In this document: positions 11,798-30,673 of the stretch, piece after piece
Numbering within the stretch: the first letter of the stretch is position 1
Layout of the letters: each line of letters starts with the position of its first letter
Program-made: the position numbers and the translations under genes
Assembly: GCA_012295275.1 (NCBI GenBank)
Contig: CM022665.1
Location: forward strand, 47,926,001-47,990,000
From: Chrysomallon squamiferum
Lineage: Eukaryota; Animalia; Mollusca
Direction of reading: 5' to 3'
Length of the DNA stretch: 64,000 nt
The notes under the pieces: generated by a model
Told to the model about the DNA's origin: nothing
The model's input: the letters and a program-made list of their open reading frames with translations, nothing else
Database searches by the model: none

Positions 11798-11948
11798 TAT
11801 GACCTGAACTTATATTAACTGAGTATAACCTGAAGTTAACTGTTTCACTGAGTATGACCTAATGTTAACTGTTTCACTGAGTATGACCTAATGTTAACTG
11901 TTTCACCGAGTATGACCTAATGTTAACTGTTTCATTGAGAATAACCTG
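11798..11948. repeat. 29-bp tandem repeat (~5 copies)
   Basis: gagtatgacctaatgttaactgtttcact repeated. Confidence 0.85.
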
Positions 11949-14418
11949 CAGTAATTTAACTAGTAATAGTTTTGTCTTCCTAGATCAGAATCTGTAGTTA
12001 AAATAATTAGACTCTTCATTTTACATCCAATCCACAAGTAATAATTTTGTGTTAGAATTATGAAACTTCTTTAAAAGTTCAATTTTTTAGTCAGAAGCTA
12101 TTTTAATTTTAGTAATGAATTAATTAAATTATGACAACTGTGTAGATTTTGGAAGTTTTAGTCACAAAAGATTCAAATTGTTTCTTTTAGCTTAAATTAC
12201 GACAGCTACCTCTTTATAAAGCAACCTCTGTGTAAAGCACTAACTTTACTTGTATTTAAATATACGTATATTTACCTTGTTGTACCACCCCCCACAGTCT
12301 GCATCCACCAGTACTTGAAGACACTGATACAGTGCATAGTAAAATGACCCAGTGAACCCACATCAACCAGTCATCAAGTCTGCATAAATCAAGCAAATAA
12401 AAATTGTAGTTTTCCATGTAGTTATTTTAAAAATATATCAAAGGAAATCAATTTCACATGGATTTACTGAAAATTCTTCTAACCTGGTACCTTTGATATT
12501 ATTTCATTGTAGCAGTTAGTCAACCATGTGTTGGTGCATTGCCTAATCGCATTCACAGAATGTTTGTAAAGTCAACTGAGTTTGGTGCATGGAGTAATTC
12601 AGAATCTCGTTACCAGTATCAGCATTGTAAAGATGTTTCACTGTACATAGATTTTAGATGTTTTTGTCACGAAATACTTAAATTAGACCAATCAGATTTT
12701 ATATATTCTAGTGATGAAGAATGAGACAGGCATGATGTAAAGTATGACAGTGTATATATAATGAATGTTTCAATCATAACATATTTTAGATAATATTTAA
12801 AATGACAGTTTTAAATTCTGAGATAAGAAAATGCTTTCTTGTGTCATCTCTTGTATATGTCTATAATAAACCAAACATTACACAAATGATATCTGCGAAT
12901 CTTCCTCAAAATAGTTTACATCCAGTTTTCAACTGGCAATGAAATGATGTAACGTATTAAACGAATTAAAGACAAATTATATTCTTCATTCACTTACAAT
13001 CACGGTTTATCGTGATAAGAAATAAAACAAAAAAAGCCACTGCTTCCTGCTGGCTAATTACAACTATATTTAACTTTGCTTGCTGATGACGCACAGCATG
13101 CTGTCATCAACGTCAATTGTCTTTGTTAACGACATCTTGACGTCAAGTGGGACGTGCACAACGTTTGAGCTTCCCATGGTGAAGCAGAGAGCAACATTTT
13201 GTCCACCACATTGGTGCTTGAGCTAATTTTATTGTCGACTTGGTGATGACAATCCAGTGTTTGAGAAAGTGAATTAAGTTGTTGTAATTCAGCCATTCTC
13301 TGCTTATTTCCAGCAAGCTTTGACGTCTGTGGTGACAGCACGAACACAGCAGACGTCAATTGTTCCGTGGACACGATGAAAGAGTTGACATACCCAACCC
13401 TATAGTTCCCCATGGTGAAAGCAAAACTATTTTTAGCTCAGTTAAATATTACATATATGATGTGAATTACACATAAATAATAAAACATTATCTGAAAGAT
13501 AGTTTCGTAAGAAACGTATAAGCATTCTTACTGAAACAATTTTACTAGTGAGAGAAATTTGCTGTGACTGAGGAGTATTAAAGTTTTTGCGGAGTAAATG
13601 TACTGAGTTATCAAATAAAGTACATAATCAAATATGTGTTCACTTGTTATCTTGAATTTTAAAATTTTGACACAAACGAGTGCGGAAATAAAGACACAAA
13701 AGATCATTTCTACAACGTGAAGTTTTATTTTGAAAGTGTTACAAAACATCGACAACAATTCTCTAAACAATTTGCAGGTGTCAAAACACAAAGATAAACA
13801 CTTTAATTTTCGTCATTTCTTAATTTGTCAACAACAAATGTGTTGTACCTATTTGCCCCCTGCAAGGAGACAACGCCCGAGGGTAAACCCTTTTCGTGGT
13901 GTGCGTAACTGTGTTGGCGACTGACCACGCCTTCCTCTCTGCTGACTAAAATCGCCTTACAAAGTCAGGCTGTTGAGAATGGAAACGTTCACGTCCCATC
14001 AAATTTAAACAAGTTACTTCCTCCCCAGCAGCATCTGTGATGCCGATTCCGTGCGGTCAGCAAGACCACTGTGGTGACGTAGTCAGCAGCTACAACGCAA
14101 TTAGCTGTTGAAAAAGCCGTAGGCGGGAATAGCCGGAGGTTTGCTGTTGAAAACCTGACATCACTAACAGAAGAAGCCATCTTAACTGTGATTTCTCACA
14201 TTTGAATTTATTACTCACAAAGTTTCAAAGTCCTAATTTTTTAAAATAACATTAATTTTAATTTTTTTATTTTAATTTTGTAATTTTAAACGTTTGTTCT
14301 TACTTAATTATATATATTCTTTTCGCCTCCAATTATAAAAAATTAAATATAAAAAATAAAAATAACATCTTTTTATTTTATCATAGAAACTATCGCATGC
14401 AAAAAAAAAAAAAAAAAA

Positions 14419-14451
<33 letters not shown>

Positions 14452-15242
14452 AAAAAAAAAATAAAAAAAATATATATATATATATATATATTAGCTAAGA
14501 ACTGGATGAACAGTGTCATTATGAGAAATGAGAGGATAAATGGCGAGTCACACAGGTTACAGCTGACAAAACAGTGATTTACACAGTTTAATAATTACTA
14601 GTTATTTAATTGACATTCTGTATATCGGGAAATATCGCTTCTACTGGCAGGTGTTTTCCGGACGTCAAGCCGATCATTTAATGTTGAAGCTTGTTAAAAG
14701 ATGTCGTTTTGTCAAAACTGTTATTTGTTTGTTCAAGTCCAGTTTGTAACATATTGCGATTTAATGTCTTTCTTTTCTTCTTCCGATTGCTATCTTTGAG
14801 CAGTATAAAACGAGTTTGATGTTTTTCATTACAGAAGTAAATTTATTCACGTTTTAAATTGACTGTGGCTCAACAGTAACTTTAATTGAACATAATGATT
14901 GTAATTACTGGTTTTCAACATCTCGTCCACTCTTGAAGAAGCAATAAAGCCAAACATCCAACTAATTTTCATCATGTGGGTTCGCCGTGTGGACCAAAGG
15001 GCGGCCTCTGGACGGTCACTCCGCGCGTGCTAATGAGAGGCAGCAGACGACTAAAACTTGTATGACAGCAGATCTCTGCGGGGTGGGGGCTGACTTTGTG
15101 TTTGAACCTGTCAATGACAAACGAATCAAGAGTCGTGAATTTACGTGTCTCAGACGCCTGCAGCTAGCTTCAGATTAAATATCGGTTGTGTCAGTGGTAT
15201 ACATTACCAGCGTCTCAGAAAAATACAATTAATCTTCCATTT

Positions 15243-15570
15243 ATAACATATCCCTTACTACGACTGTTCAGTACAAAGTCATTGTCATATCTTATATTAA
15301 CATATCCCTTACTACAACTGTTCAGTACAAAGTCATTGTCATATCTTATATTAACAAATCCCTTACTACAACTGTTCAGTACAAAGTCATTGTCATATCT
15401 TATATTAACAAATCCCTTACTACAACTGTTCAGTACAAAGTCATTGTCATATCTTATATTAACATATCCCTTACTACGACTGTTCAGTACAAAGTCATTG
15501 TCATATCTTATATTAACATATCCCTTACTACAACTGTTCAGTACAAAGTCATTGTCATATCTTATATTAA
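15243..15570. repeat. 54-bp minisatellite (6 copies)
   Basis: aacatatcccttactacaactgttcagtacaaagtcattgtcatatcttatatt; gives the 18-aa repeats in ORFs 15186+ and 15215-. Confidence 0.95.
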
Positions 15571-16469
15571 TAATGTCGAAATGGAACAAACATCTAACTT
15601 CATACTCAGCTTTCTGTAAAGTATACTGCTGGTATTACTTCATACAGAAGTTTTTAAGAATAACTACTAAGCCTACAATTATTAGCTTTAAGCAAACTTA
15701 CGTAATTTATGAGAGTCTGTTTATAAAATGACATTGTTCCAAGATAAACGAACACTTAAACTGTTAAAATCTCTGAACACAATGGTGTAGTTGTTTTGTT
15801 TTTTGTTTTGTATTCTTTGTGTTATTTCATTATTTGTCGCTGAACAAATTCTATTTCTATTATTAATCAGATAAAATATTTTAGGTAGTTTATCAAACTT
15901 GTGACATTTTCTCTGAATATAAGTACTATGAAACATGTTGTCTGTTTTAAAAGTGTATTTCAACTTGATTCTTGTCACCTCTCAGTTTGTGTTAAATTTC
16001 AGGATGAAAAGTGATTTTCTACTCTTCAGGTCAAAGTTGAGACACCAGTGGGTAATGTCTCGGACGATTAACCCCAGTTCATGGAAGCGGAATTAAAATC
16101 AGTTAATTAGCAGCTGAAGCCCGAGGGTCAGAGAGAGACACACCCAATATTGTTAAACTTATTGTACTCTGAGAAATCTCAAACATGTTTAGAATGTCTG
16201 AGACACAAACACATTTCGTCATTAACAACAATACGCTAACACAGAAATAAAATAAAACTTTCGTCAGTAAACAAACAGATATAAAATAAAAAGTATACAT
16301 TAACAATAAAACGCCAGTAAACAGATTTGAAATAAACTTTCGAATTTAAGATAATATGTTAACATAGGAAAAGATAATCGCAGTTACTTAGTGAAAACAG
16401 TTCACTGACAAGTTATCACGGGACAAAATAAACATGTTTTCATGACTTATTAATTAATATTTATGACTA

Positions 16470-17325
16470 TTATTTGACAGTGTTGTTTTATCTGACAATA
16501 ATACATAAATGACAGTGTTATGCAACTGACATCCGATATATATTTTATCTGAGAGTAATGTATGACAGTGCTGTTTTATGTGACTTACAACACAATGTTG
16601 TTCTGTGTGACAATAACAGCAATACGTGACAGCTTTGTTTTATTTGACATTAATAAGTGACAATGTTGTTTCATCTGACACTAATACGTTACAGTTTTGT
16701 TTTATCTGACACTAATACATGACAGTGCTGTTTTATCTGACACTAATACATGACTGTGCTGTTTTATTTGACTAATTCATGACAGTGCTGTTTTATCTGA
16801 CTAATACATGACAGTGCTGTTTTATCTGACTAATACATGACAGTGCTGTTTTATCTGACACTAATACACGACAGTGCTGTTTTATCTGACACTAATACAT
16901 GACAGTGCTGTTTTATCTGACACTAATACATGACAGTGCTGTTTTATCTGACACTAATACATGACTGCGCTGTTTTATTCGACTAATTCGCGACAGTGCT
17001 GTTTTATCTGACACTAATACAAGACAGTGCTGTTTTATCTGACTAATACATGACAGTGCTGTTTTATCTGACTAATACATGACAGTACTGTTTTATCTGA
17101 CTAATACATGACAGTGCTGTTTTATCTGACTAATACTATCTGACTACATGACAGTGCTGTTTTATCTGACACTAATACATGACAGTGCTGTTTTATCTGA
17201 CACTAATACATGACAGTGCTGTTTTATCTGACACTAATACATGACGGTACTGTTTTATCTGACACTAATACATGACAGTGCTGTTTTATCTGACTAATAC
17301 GCGACAGTGTTATTTTATGTGACAG
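16470..17325. repeat. 29-31-bp minisatellite (~25 copies, diverged at left end)
   Basis: catgacagtgctgttttatctgac(ac)taata repeated. Confidence 0.93.
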
Positions 17326-17734
17326 TCACGGGTTAGTTTTCTGCTGCTGTAGATAAAACTGTATAGAAAAAAAACAGCTGTCTGTGAGCTGCCGGTCGAC
17401 TCAGTCAGTGTATGTCTGAGCAGACAGACTGAAAAGAGTAAATCAGTCAGGTAATCGTCATCTGACCACACGTTTTCCTTTCTCCTAAATTTCTCTTTCA
17501 TCAGTCTGAGGCGTGAAAACAAGAAAAGACCTACCAGCTGAGCCGTACATCCACACGTCTGTCATCAGAAATAAACAAGTGATTAATCGTCTGGTTTCTT
17601 TCACCTTCTTACACCGTGCCCCGGGGACTGGGGATCGCTAACATCTACAACCACAGCGTCTCCTTTACCGACTTTTTGAAAGTATTCTCCTCGTATTCTC
17701 GGGCGTTTGTTAATTTTTTTTTATCTTTTTTATT

Positions 17735-17735
17735 T

Positions 17736-17829
<94 letters not shown>

Positions 17830-18086
17830 TTTATTTTTAATTTCGTATGAATGTTATATTATTTTATCACTACCACCATAACAAAATTATTAACAACAGT
17901 TGTAGTAATGATAGAAGTAACGTAAGTGATAATAACAATAGTAATATTATAGTAGTAGTTGCAGAAATAGTAGGAATAGTAGAAGCAGTAATAGAAATAA
18001 TGTAGTAGCAGTCGTAACAGTAGCAACAGTAGCAGTAGTAATGGTAGTAGTGGTAATAGTACTTCATGTTCACCACTTCCAATACA

Positions 18087-18140
<54 letters not shown>
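17735..18140. repeat. Microsatellite cluster (TTTA)n, (TTA)n, (GTA)n
   Basis: Direct inspection. Confidence 0.85.
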
Positions 18141-18142
<2 letters not shown>

Positions 18143-19160
18143 ATGTATTGAGTATTGCCATCAAGAGGGCAGAAACATTTGTGTGAATATTGTGTGTAAA
18201 AATAATATCATTAGACGTCTGAAAAATATTTACATTTGTTAATATAGTCTTAAACACGTATTATAAATTAAATATAACGACTGTGTTAACTATCTGCAAG
18301 ACTACGGGAAAAAGTTCACTTTGACTTCTTCAGTTTAATTTATCTCCTCTTTTAACTACGTTTGGTATTATTTTATCTTATTCCTCTAGAAGTACGTCTT
18401 TCAGAATTATACGTTTTAAACGTAACGAAACACATGACGATCAAAGTGTCAGCATTCGATTCATAGCTTAATAACAATAAAAATAACAATAATAATAAGA
18501 AGAAGAAGAAGAAGAAGAAGAAGTAGTAGAAGAAGAATAGATGATAACAATGTGATAACTAATAATTTGATCTATTAAGGTAATTACATAGATTCTCCAG
18601 TGTCTCAGTCAACGAAAATGTAAAAATACTTGTTCCAGTTATTTTACATTTTATTTAATATCTGCTTTAATTTACATTTAATAGTTAACATTCAGGTTTA
18701 CACTGTTAATTAACTGTTAATGTGTTTAATTTATTCTAATATACATATATATTAATAGCTCATTAGTATGTTTTCTTTAATGTCTGTTTATAATTTAATA
18801 ATATTTTATATCCGAATTTAAATCTTAATGCTTTATTTTTATATCATAATTTGTAAATTAATGTCATTTCATATCACAATTTAAAAGTTAATATTTTATT
18901 TTATGTCACAGATTGAAAATTAATCTTTTGTTTTATATCAGAATTTGAAAATTAATGTTTTATTTTATATCATAATTTAAATGTTAATGTTTTATATAGT
19001 ATCACAATTTATTAATTGTTTGAAAGTTAATATTTTATTTCCATGATAATTAAAAACTGATCATTATTTATATATATATAAATATCAACGTTAAACTGGA
19101 CTCCAATTATTAATAAATATTGTTACAGTCTAGCTGCGATTAACGAAATAGTAATGACTT

Positions 19161-19270
<110 letters not shown>

Positions 19271-19421
19271 TTTTTGAATTATATAATAATTAGATTTTTA
19301 TAGTTTCCACATGCAGGCAGAATTAACCGAAACCAAATAAAATTGAATTAAGTTAATCATGTATATGTGTGTGTGCATATAATTATGTGTTAATGTATTT
19401 GTGTGTATTTATGTGTACGTT

Positions 19422-19452
<31 letters not shown>

Positions 19453-19544
19453 ATTAATAAACAAACAACCAATGTCAGTTTTAAATATTAAATTTACTTC
19501 TCTTTCGTTGAAACTGCTGCAATAAAACAACCTTTTCAAATGTT

Positions 19545-19550
19545 TTTATT
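19545..19550 (-). terminator. Candidate polyadenylation signal AATAAA for the first Olig gene
   Basis: tttatt on + strand about 255 nt past the stop codon; motif only. Confidence 0.4.
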
Positions 19551-19576
19551 TAAAATAATAATAAATTAATAAATAA

Positions 19577-19633
<57 letters not shown>

Positions 19634-19803
19634 TAGTTTCAAATATTTGTAAAAGATTTTCCCCATATTCTCGGTACATCCAGTTACATGTTTAAAACAC
19701 TTTTTACAGTTTTTCTAACTGCTTTCACACTCTTCTTATGAAACACAGGTTTTAGAAAAGAGGGTCACGTTTTACACATTGTTCACACACTCACGTTTCA
19801 GTT

Positions 19804-20505
19804 TCACAGTCTCTGGAAACAGTTCAGTCTCTTTTGAGCTTCAGAAAACAGTTGCTCTGGTAACGTGGCTCGTGTTGTATTTTCGGGAGAGTGTAAAGGA
19901 GACGCGGGAGACAGCATGCGAGAAACGTGAGATGGTAAAGAATACGGACACACGGAACAAGTACACGACACAGCATTACACTGTGGCTGGACAGAATGTC
20001 CTGCCTGACCACTGACACTCGGACCAACCTGCACGTGAGGATAAGGATAACCAGGAACTGGACCTGGGGCTAGGGGTGCCAGGGTGGGGTGCAGGTGAGA
20101 TGGGAGTGGTCCTGGATATCTTCTCGGAAGTCCTGATCTGTAGATATCGTCAATTAATTGTTTCATCTCCTCAACAGACTTAGTCAACATCTGAATGTAG
20201 TTCTTAGCCAGAGCCAAAGTGGACATTTTTGAAAGTTTACGAACTGACGGCCCCCGGGCGTACGGCATCACTTCTCTGAGGGAGTCCATGGCCGAGTTTA
20301 GATCGTGCATCCTCTTCCGTTCTCGGCTGTTTATTTTACCCCTCAACTCGTGGCGCTCCGATTCCGTAAATCCGTGTATGACGTAGCCAGAACCTCCCCC
20401 CTCACCACCAGAACGACAGTCCGACGTGGACTCGCTTTCACCAATAATGTCAATGTAAATATCGTCTTTACAGTCCGATTTCAAATGCTCGTTAGACTCG
20501 GACAT
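19804..20505 (-). CDS. Olig-family bHLH transcription factor, divergent paralog (233 aa, intronless CDS)
   Basis: ATG at 20505 (MSESNEH; the track start at 20532 is non-ATG), TGA at 19804. b[58 protein letters not shown] resembles OLIG2; C-terminal CTCSVC matches the Olig/BHLHE22 CxCxxC motif. Confidence 0.93.
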   Translation of the reverse strand: MSESNEHLKSDCKDDIYIDIIGESESTSDCRSGGEGGGSGYVIHGFTESERHELRGKINSRERKRMHDLNSAMDSLREVMPYARGPSVRKLSKMSTLALAKNYIQMLTKSVEEMKQLIDDIYRSGLPRRYPGPLPSHLHPTLAPLAPGPVPGYPYPHVQVGPSVSGQAGHSVQPQCNAVSCTCSVCPYSLPSHVSRMLSPASPLHSPENTTRATLPEQLFSEAQKRLNCFQRL

Positions 20506-20779
20506 GTTTCTGGTTGTCACAGAAAGAAGCACGTTTTATCCTCAGTTCCTCGCAGATCAGTGGACGCTCAGTGACAGAGGGAGTCTGTTTACATTTCGCT
20601 GTTCGGACTCGTGAACACGTTTACTAATGACAGGAATATAAAATAGTTCTGCCTCGCTGTCCTGTTTTGAATACGGACAGTGTTTCTAGTGACTATAAAA
20701 GATGAGTACCTGGACACAAGCAAACAGGTGAGAATAAAAACGTTTTTATTTCTTTGCTGGATCGACAGTACATCCCAAG

Positions 20780-20850
20780 AAAGGCGTGGTTATAGGCTGC
20801 CAATACAACGGCTGGCGGAATAACAACCCAGGCAGTAATCACGTGACACC
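20780..20850 (-). promoter_or_regulatory. Putative promoter elements of first Olig gene (TATA-like, CCAAT, CACGTG E-box)
   Basis: ttatagg ~20790, ccaat ~20799, tcacgtgac ~20839 in CpG-rich sequence ~300 nt upstream of the ATG. Confidence 0.35.
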
Positions 20851-21716
20851 CGCAACGCAAATCACATTGTTCGACACTTTTGTGAATTCTTAAGTTTCAA
20901 AAATCTTAATGATCATATCACGACATTTTGATCTGTCATATGAAACCATTTAAATTTTAAATTAACTAATCAGTTAATTAATGAATGAATTAATAAAACG
21001 AACGCTATAAGGAGACGAGGATTAAACACATAAGATGAATATTAATTAATAAGGTCAAATAAAGAGACGAAAATTGAATGTATGACAGATTTTACGAAGA
21101 TCAAATCAAACATGTCCCAGTTAATTATTTTACATTATTTAAAAATTAGTTTAATCAAGAGACGAAATTTCATTTTATTATTTACTGTGTTTCTCTACAA
21201 AACTTATTTTCAGTGAGTCAATCCATGCAAAACGGTTATTTTTCACCTGCACAGGTATTCGGTGATCGCATTAGGAAAAAGCTGCTTAACGAATATGGTC
21301 AAATAATCACATATGGATAATCATGTTAAATTGCAATCACGGGACACCTGATTCGGATTAGCGACACCTCGAGTGACGAAAACACTGGCATTTTACTGTT
21401 TTACGTTCACCGTTCATAATTCTTTTGTTACACCGTGTATAAACAGGCGGTTCGACTTATTCCCCTACCAGACGATCATCTTGTCTGAGAATCGGCTCAC
21501 TGCAGCCGTGTAGATGTAGCATAATACTTGATTTGTACACACGATTATCGTGTTACTTCACAGAGCACTTAACATGTCATTACACAAGTACAGAATTAAT
21601 CAGTCACGAACAGAAATTGCTAAGAAATAAATCTGGTATTGAAATTTTTTTTAAAACTGCAAATAAAATAAAATATGTGTATTGACCATTCAAAAAAATA
21701 TTAATAATGATAATAA

Positions 21717-21751
<35 letters not shown>

Positions 21752-21874
21752 ATCTGGTATTGAGATAAAAAGGCAATGTAAAAATCATGGTCCTTCATAA
21801 TTTCAAACCAAAACTTTTCAATTTCCTTCATAATTATTTAAATTTTAGTTAGACTGGTACATTTTTTGTGTTAT

Positions 21875-22055
21875 TCTAAAGTTTAGTCACTGTTAAATGA
21901 ATGTGTTACACTAAAGTTTAGTCACTGTTAAATGAATGTGTTGTTTATTTTAAATGAATGTGTTACTTTTAGTCACTGTTAAATGAACTAAAGTTTAGTC
22001 ACTGTTAAATGAATGTTTGTTATTTTAAACTTTTGTCAATGTTAAATGAACTGTT
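21875..22055. repeat. Short tandem repeat (aagtttagtcactgttaaatgaatgtgtt)
   Basis: 4-5 irregular copies, another near 22330. Confidence 0.8.
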
Positions 22056-22559
22056 AAAGTGCCATATTATTAAATTGATGTTTTAAACAGTTGACTTTGT
22101 ATATTGCCACCATTATCAATGCACAAGAACTAAAACAAATGTTAATTAATCTATAGAATTATAAGATAAAAGTCAGAGCATGCAGTGTAAATTCACACAG
22201 TCAGTGCAGTCTGGCATGACTAAGAAAATGTAGTCACCAATTCCCAGAATGGTCAGAATAGTTATATTTACCAAAATGTTCCAAAATCAGGCAAACAGCA
22301 GTTCTTTATATAGAGAGTCAAGTGTACTCAAGTTTTGTCACTGTTAAATGAATTGTTTCACTATAAAGTTTTCTTTCACATTATTAACTGAGATAAGCTA
22401 ATCTGAAACAGGCTGATGATACCACTAATTTCTGCTGTAAACTACTGAATATAAAATAGATGTGTTCATCAAAGAAAACACCCTAGTTGGTCTCCCCTTT
22501 CTTTAGATAAAACAAAGTACACTGGTATTTTTCACATAGCACATTTATTCATGTCCTTA

Positions 22560-23015
22560 TACAAAAGCAATATTATACAATCTGTATCTAATGTTCTTAC
22601 ATGTTAGCAATATTATAAGAAACAAAAAACCTGTACTTAATGTTCTTACATGGTAGCAATTTTGTACAAAATGTACTTAATATTCTTACATGTTAGCAAT
22701 ATTGTACAAACTGTACCTAATGGTTACATATAGCAATATTGTACAAACTGTATTTTATGCTTTTACATATTAGCAATATTGTACAAATTGTACCTAATGT
22801 TCTTACATTTAGCAATATTGTATAAACTGTATTATATGCTTTTACATATTAGCAATATTGTACAAACTGTACCTAATGTTCTTACATTTAGCAATATTGT
22901 ACAAACTGTATTTTATGCTTTTACATATTAGCAATATTGTACAAACTGTACTTAATGTTCTTTCATGTTAGTAGTATTGTACAAACTGTATCCAATATTC
23001 TACAATATTATACAA
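22560..23015. repeat. ~38-39-bp minisatellite (tagcaatattgtacaaactgta...)
   Basis: About 11 copies, two alternating variants. Confidence 0.85.
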
Positions 23016-23744
23016 TTTATGTGAACTCAGTGTTCAACGTTTTACCAATACTGTACAAGATTTATATAATGCTAGTACTAACATTTAAAATTAAAACACA
23101 CTGTTGCATCTAGTACAATACTGACTCACAATTAACAACATCAACTGTGACCTTACAGAGACTAAACCTGACTGAGGTGGGTTTTGCACTTATCGTTGTA
23201 CCAAAAAAATAACTGATAAAACACATTTTTTACCAATAATAAAAAAAAGATATTAAAACGTACTGATTACAAAGAGATAAATGTGTGTGTGTTTTGTTTC
23301 TTCTCACTATGTACACCTGACCAAGTCCTTAACAACAACTAAACTAAACCACATGTACATTATTAACACTGGTAAACTAAACTTAAAACAAGGCTGCAGC
23401 AAGCAAATAAAATATGTTTAGTCTTCCTCAGTGTCTGGAAACACTGGAAAGCAGGAACAAAGTATTTCATTGTCTTGTACAAATTAGAAATCCATTTGAG
23501 TAAATGTAAAAATTTTAAATTCTAAATTTTTAACCTGATTTGTATCATTAACATTTCCTTTTTTTTTTTTAGTATATTAAAATATATTATTCACTGTGTA
23601 TTTTATAAGACAGTTAAAAAACATAATAGTTAAAATTAAGCCATAACAACAGTAAATTAGTTTCAGAGTTTAACTCCAGATTTGTAAACCTTCCAAACTG
23701 TTTGTCTCAAAATATGATTAAGTTTATCCAAATCAATATTTCTA

Positions 23745-25730
23745 TAATTACATACAAATTAATCATGCAAGTAAATATTTCACTATTTATTACAAAATTA
23801 AAAACAGGGTAGTATTTCTATAATTACATACAAGTTAGTGACAGTAGTGAATATTTCACTATTTATTATAAACTTAAAAACAGGGTAGTATTTCTGTAAT
23901 TACATACAAGTTAGTGACACTGTTGAATATTTCACTATTTATTATAAAATTAAAAACAGGGTAGTATTTCTGTAATTACATACAAGTTAGTGACAGTAGT
24001 GAATATTTCACTATTTATTACAAAATTAAAAACAGGGTAGTATTTCTGTAATTACATACAAGTTAGTGACAGTAGTGAATATTTCACTATTACAAATTTA
24101 AAAACAGGGTAGTATTTCTGTAATTACATACAAGTTAGTGACAGTAGTGAATATTTCACTATTTATTATAAACTTAAAAACAGGGTAGTATTTCTGTAAT
24201 TACATACAAGTTAGTGACAGTGTTGAATATTTCACTATTACAAATTTAAAAACAGGGTAGTATTTCTGTAATTACATACAAGTTAGTGACACTACTGAAT
24301 ATTTCACTATTACAAATTTAAAAACAGGGTAGTATTTCTGTAATTACATACAAGTTAGTGACAGTAGTGAATATTTCACTATTCATTACAAACTTAAAAA
24401 CAGGGTAGTATTTCTGTAATTACATACAAGTTAGTGACACTACTGAATATTTCACTATTACAAATTTAAAAACAGGGTAGTATTTCTGTAGTTACATACA
24501 AGTTAGTGACACTGTTGAATATTCCACTATTTATTATAAACTTAAAAACAGGGTATTTCTGTAATTACATACAAGTTAGTGACAGTGTTGAATATTTCAC
24601 TATTTATTACAAAATTAAAAACAGGGTAGTATTTCTGTAATTGCATACAAGTTAGTGACAGTAGTGAATATTTCACTATTACAAATTTAAAAACAGGGTA
24701 GTATTTCTGTAATTGCATACAAGTTAGTGACAGTGTTGAATATTTCACTATTTATTACAAAATTAAAAACAGGGTAGTATTTCTGTAATTGCATACAAGT
24801 TAGTGACAGTAGTGAATATTTCACTATTACAAATTTAAAAACAGGGTAGTATTTCTGTAGTTACATACAAGTTAGTGACACTGTTGAATATTTCACTATT
24901 CATTACAAACTTAAAAACAGGGTAGTATTTCTGTAATTACATACAAGTTAGTGACACTACTGAATATTTCACTATTACAAATTTAAAAACAGGGTAGTAT
25001 TTCTGTAGTTACATACAAGTTAGTGACACTGTTGAATATTTCACTATTTATTATAAACTTAAAAACAGGGTATTTCTGTAATTACATACAAGTTAGTGAC
25101 AGTGTTGAATATTTCACTATTTATTACAAAATTAAAAACAGGGTAGTATTTCTGTAATTGCATACAAGTTAGTGACAGTAGTGAATATTTCACTATTACA
25201 AATTTAAAAACAGGGTAGTATTTCTGTAGTTACATACAAGTTAGTGACACTGTTGAATATTTCACTATTCATTACAAACTTAAAAACAGTAGTATTTCTG
25301 TAATTACATACAAGTTAGTGACAGTAGTGAATATTTCACTATTACAAATTTAAAAACAGGGTAGTATTTCTGTAATTACATACAAATTAGTGACACTACT
25401 GAATATTTCACTATTACAAATTTAAAAACAGGGTAGTATTTCTGTAATTACATACAAGTTAGTGACAGTAGTGAATATTTCACTATTTATTATAAACTTA
25501 AAAACAGGGTAGTATTTCTGTAATTACATACAAGTTAGTGACAGTAGTGAATATTTCACTATTTATTATAAACTTAAAAACAGGGTAGTATTTCTGTAAT
25601 TACATACAAATTAGTGACACTACTGAATATTTCACTATTACAAATTTAAAAACAGGGTAGTATTTCTGTAATAACATACAAGTTAGTGACAGTAGTGAAT
25701 ATTTCACTATTTATTACAAACTTAAAAACA
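23745..25730. repeat. 72-76-bp minisatellite (~27 copies) starting just 3' of the TMEM50 stop codon
   Basis: aaaacagggtagtatttctgtaattacatacaagttagtgacagtagtgaatatttcactat(ttat)tacaaa; cagggt at 23805, 23881, 23957, 24033, 24105... Confidence 0.95.
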
Positions 25731-25748
25731 ATAATGTTACACAAAGAT

Positions 25749-30415
<4,667 letters not shown>

Positions 30416-30673
30416 TATAAATATCAATAATTATAATACAATATGATGAATATCAATCATACAAAATCCAGCGCTTCGAAAGAATAATTTTATATATTAT
30501 ACAAGAAAATTTTTGTCAAGATAAAACATCTAAAACAAAAATGAAATAACAGATATTTCTCCTGCTAAATGAAAACACAATATAACTTTTGAAAGTGTAG
30601 TGTTCTTGTTCGGTCTGTCAAATTCGCATTGTTTTTGTTTCTCTTTTCCAACCCTGATCATCATATACATCTA

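Noticed and set aside
15186-15731. 181-aa and 124-aa repeat ORFs on both strands
   Set aside because: Open only because the 54-bp unit is a multiple of three; no domain, no splice context.
20506-20532. N-terminal extension MLLSVTTRN of the first Olig ORF
   Set aside because: Starts at a non-ATG codon; first in-frame ATG is 20505.
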